Below the pieces are notes generated by a model. The model was not told where the DNA came from and searched no databases. It saw nothing but the letters and a program-made list of their open reading frames with translations. Below, in pieces: positions 61,840 to 64,000 of a stretch of 64,000 nucleotides of DNA. The position numbers were made by a program, and so were the translations under genes. Source of the DNA: Glaucostegus cemiculus (Eukaryota); NCBI GenBank assembly GCA_976551045.1, contig CDPCPM010000037.1:13950001-14014000 (forward strand), given 5' to 3'. The stretch's first letter is position 1. Each line of letters opens with the position of its first letter.

Positions 61840-62609
61840 CATTTTTCATTCTTTGGATTCTTTGTATTGATCCTTTGTTCAAAATCTTAATGTTTTCTGC
61901 TAAAAGTTGATCTTGTGTACTTGCTTATTGTGGGTGTTCTATAAGTAACTTGAGAATCCTTGAGGGTTTGAAAACTATTCAAGTAATATTGCTATTCAGT
62001 GGCAACCACCAACCATATCCTTCCCCAACAAGTACTGGCTCATCTTTGGTAATACCACTTCCATAGTCAAAATACACACCTGCCTAGTGGCTGCCAATGA
62101 GAAAGATTACAAGTCCACCAGCATTTAGATCATGCATTCCACTAGTAAAACTGCACAGAATCTACGTGAATAAATATGACACCAATCTGTGCAAGAAGAC
62201 TATATGACAAGGGGACCAGAAGTCTGGATAACAGAAGCTTTAGGGACTGTTTTAAATAGAGAAAGGTAGAAGTTTAGCAGATTATTAACCAGGTGGCCAA
62301 AGAAACAGTCACCAATGATAGTGTCATGTAGATTGGGAAACTGAATGCAGCATTCCAGAATTCTTAAATGGGAGTTATCCTCAGAGTAATACATCTGACC
62401 AATCAGTTTATTTCATTTATCGATTGGTCAGTATCTTGGAATTCCCTTCAGGGGAATGCCACTAAACCCAAGGCCTGCAACACTACAACATAGGAAGTGG
62501 TTCCCCCACTACATCAATGCAACTAAACAGAGAAATAGGAAATAAATATGACCATGCTGCTATAACCATGCTTCAATCGTCAATAGAAGTAAATTGCATA
62601 TTGGAAAAG

Positions 62610-62920
62610 TAGCAGCAGGGTGCATAGTTGTCCAGTGATCTTGGGTGCTGCTTGTGTGGAGTTTGTACATTTTCCCTGTAACTATTTGGGTCTCCTCCAT
62701 GTGCTCCATTTTCCTCCTACATCATAAAGATGTGGTGAAAGGTTAATTGGCTGCAGTAAATTACTCCTGGTAATGGGTAAGTGCCAACATAAATCAAAGT
62801 GGAGTTGATGAGCTTGGAGAAAGAATATGTTGCAGGGTTACAAGGAAGTAAGGACTGACAAGATTGCTCTGCTGGGACCTGGCATGGACCCAGTGGGCTG
62901 AATGGCCATCCGATGTAATG
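62610..62920 (+). mobile_element. HE1/V-SINE-like element
   Basis: GTGTGGAGTTTGTACATTTTCCCTGT...GGTTAATTGGCTGCAGTAAATT...GGGCTGAATGGCC tail. Confidence 0.8.
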
Positions 62921-64000
62921 AGTTAGCAGAGCATTAGAATTAGATCCTCTTGCATTAATTGCTAAGCAGAGAATCTGATCCATAAGACTCAAGTTCTACA
63001 TCCAACACATTTTCTGCTATTATAGATTTCCACTTGGAGCACAGAAACAGCTCTCAGGGCTTTCACTAACCTTTACCTGAGGATGGGTAAAATAAATTGG
63101 CATAAATTCTGTAGGGAAAAGCTGCATTTAGTGATAACACTGATTCTAGGCAGACTGGATGATTGCTCCAGCAAGCCAGTAACCAACCCTTATTTTCCTT
63201 CAAAGTCCCAGCAGAGGTGCTGAGGCAAGGTCAATAAATTCATATTAATTGAAATAATGGATTCAGCTGACAGCTCAGTCGAGCTGTACACTTATGTTTA
63301 TAAAAAAACATATTGGAGTCCAGTCTGGTGAATGCACCATAGTAAGTGACTGAGATTGATTTTATGCACATAACTTTATATAACTATCCTCAATTTCCTA
63401 CACTTTCCTGTGGATATTATAGCATCTTCTTTTATCAAAAGCAGTGTAGTGTCAGTCATTTTTTGTTCCCTCCTTTAAGTAGATTGAGTACATTGACTGC
63501 CATTCAATTGAATGTTTGCCAGCAGAGCAGACCACCCAGCACACAACTCATTGGATGACACAATGCTGTCAATAGACACTCTAGGTTAAATACATTAAAA
63601 TCACTTGAAAATCACTGGAGAAGGATTCAGTAGTTGGTATGTGGTAACTGACATTAACTCTAAACAATGCACTTTTAGTATTAACTGAAAACAGCACATC
63701 GTTTGGAGGGGGCGATGCAGAGCTTAGATCTTTAAACACAATTAAAGATAAAGGAGATAAAATTGATTTAACTTGTATTTTTCATCATGAAAAGCAAGGA
63801 GCAATTTTCATCATTTGTGCCTCATTTTCTTGCTGCAGTTGAGCTGCCTGCACTGTTCGTGCATTAGCTCTTCATGATGAGACACACAAAAAAAAATCGA
63901 CCCTGCAATTTAAAGGTACCTACACCTTAAAGGGAGAAGCATCAGCCAATTCAAACAGTAAATCCCAAATGGAAGCAGTCAACATGACACTTGGTGTTAC

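Larger units (their letters stand above)
55737..61860 (+). other. JPH2: Probable long 3' UTR (terminal exon) of JPH2
   Basis: AU-rich and poor in repeats compared with the introns; ends at a strong poly(A) signal with a U/GU-rich downstream element. The extent is inferred. Confidence 0.5.

Noticed and set aside
55737-61860. miR-24 site (CTGAGCC) known for mammalian JPH2
   Set aside because: Not seen by eye in the predicted UTR; absence not verified computationally.
1-64000. CRISPR arrays, prokaryotic operons or defence systems, rRNA
   Set aside because: Eukaryotic intron-rich DNA with no repeat-spacer periodicity, no dense ORFs and no rRNA motifs.

Overview
This is vertebrate genomic DNA, most likely a cartilaginous fish (shark or ray), judged from the repeat content: HE1/V-SINE-like SINEs, abundant CR1, Penelope, Rex1/Babar, RTE, L2, L1 and Harbinger relics. 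The window holds the 3' part of one + strand gene, junctophilin-2 (JPH2). It has three coding exons (41708-41826, 49343-50295, 55472-55552), a splice donor 12 nt after the stop codon, and a probable ~6 kb AU-rich 3' UTR ending near AATAAA at 61834. The first ~41.7 kb appears to be one large intron full of decayed transposons; the MORN-repeat exons lie upstream, outside the window. Apart from JPH2 exon 4 and fragments of LINE or transposase ORFs, the ORF track is noise. I found no new multi-gene system that I can support. The points most worth a second look are a Pro at the P1' position of the site where mammalian JPH2 is cut by calpain, two long sense-strand intronic hairpins, a circularly permuted local duplication, several unusual insertion signatures, and candidate muscle enhancers. 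Repeat boundaries are by eye (about +/-50 bp unless a TSD fixes them). Family assignments and comparisons with mammalian JPH2 come from remembered consensus motifs, not from a database search.
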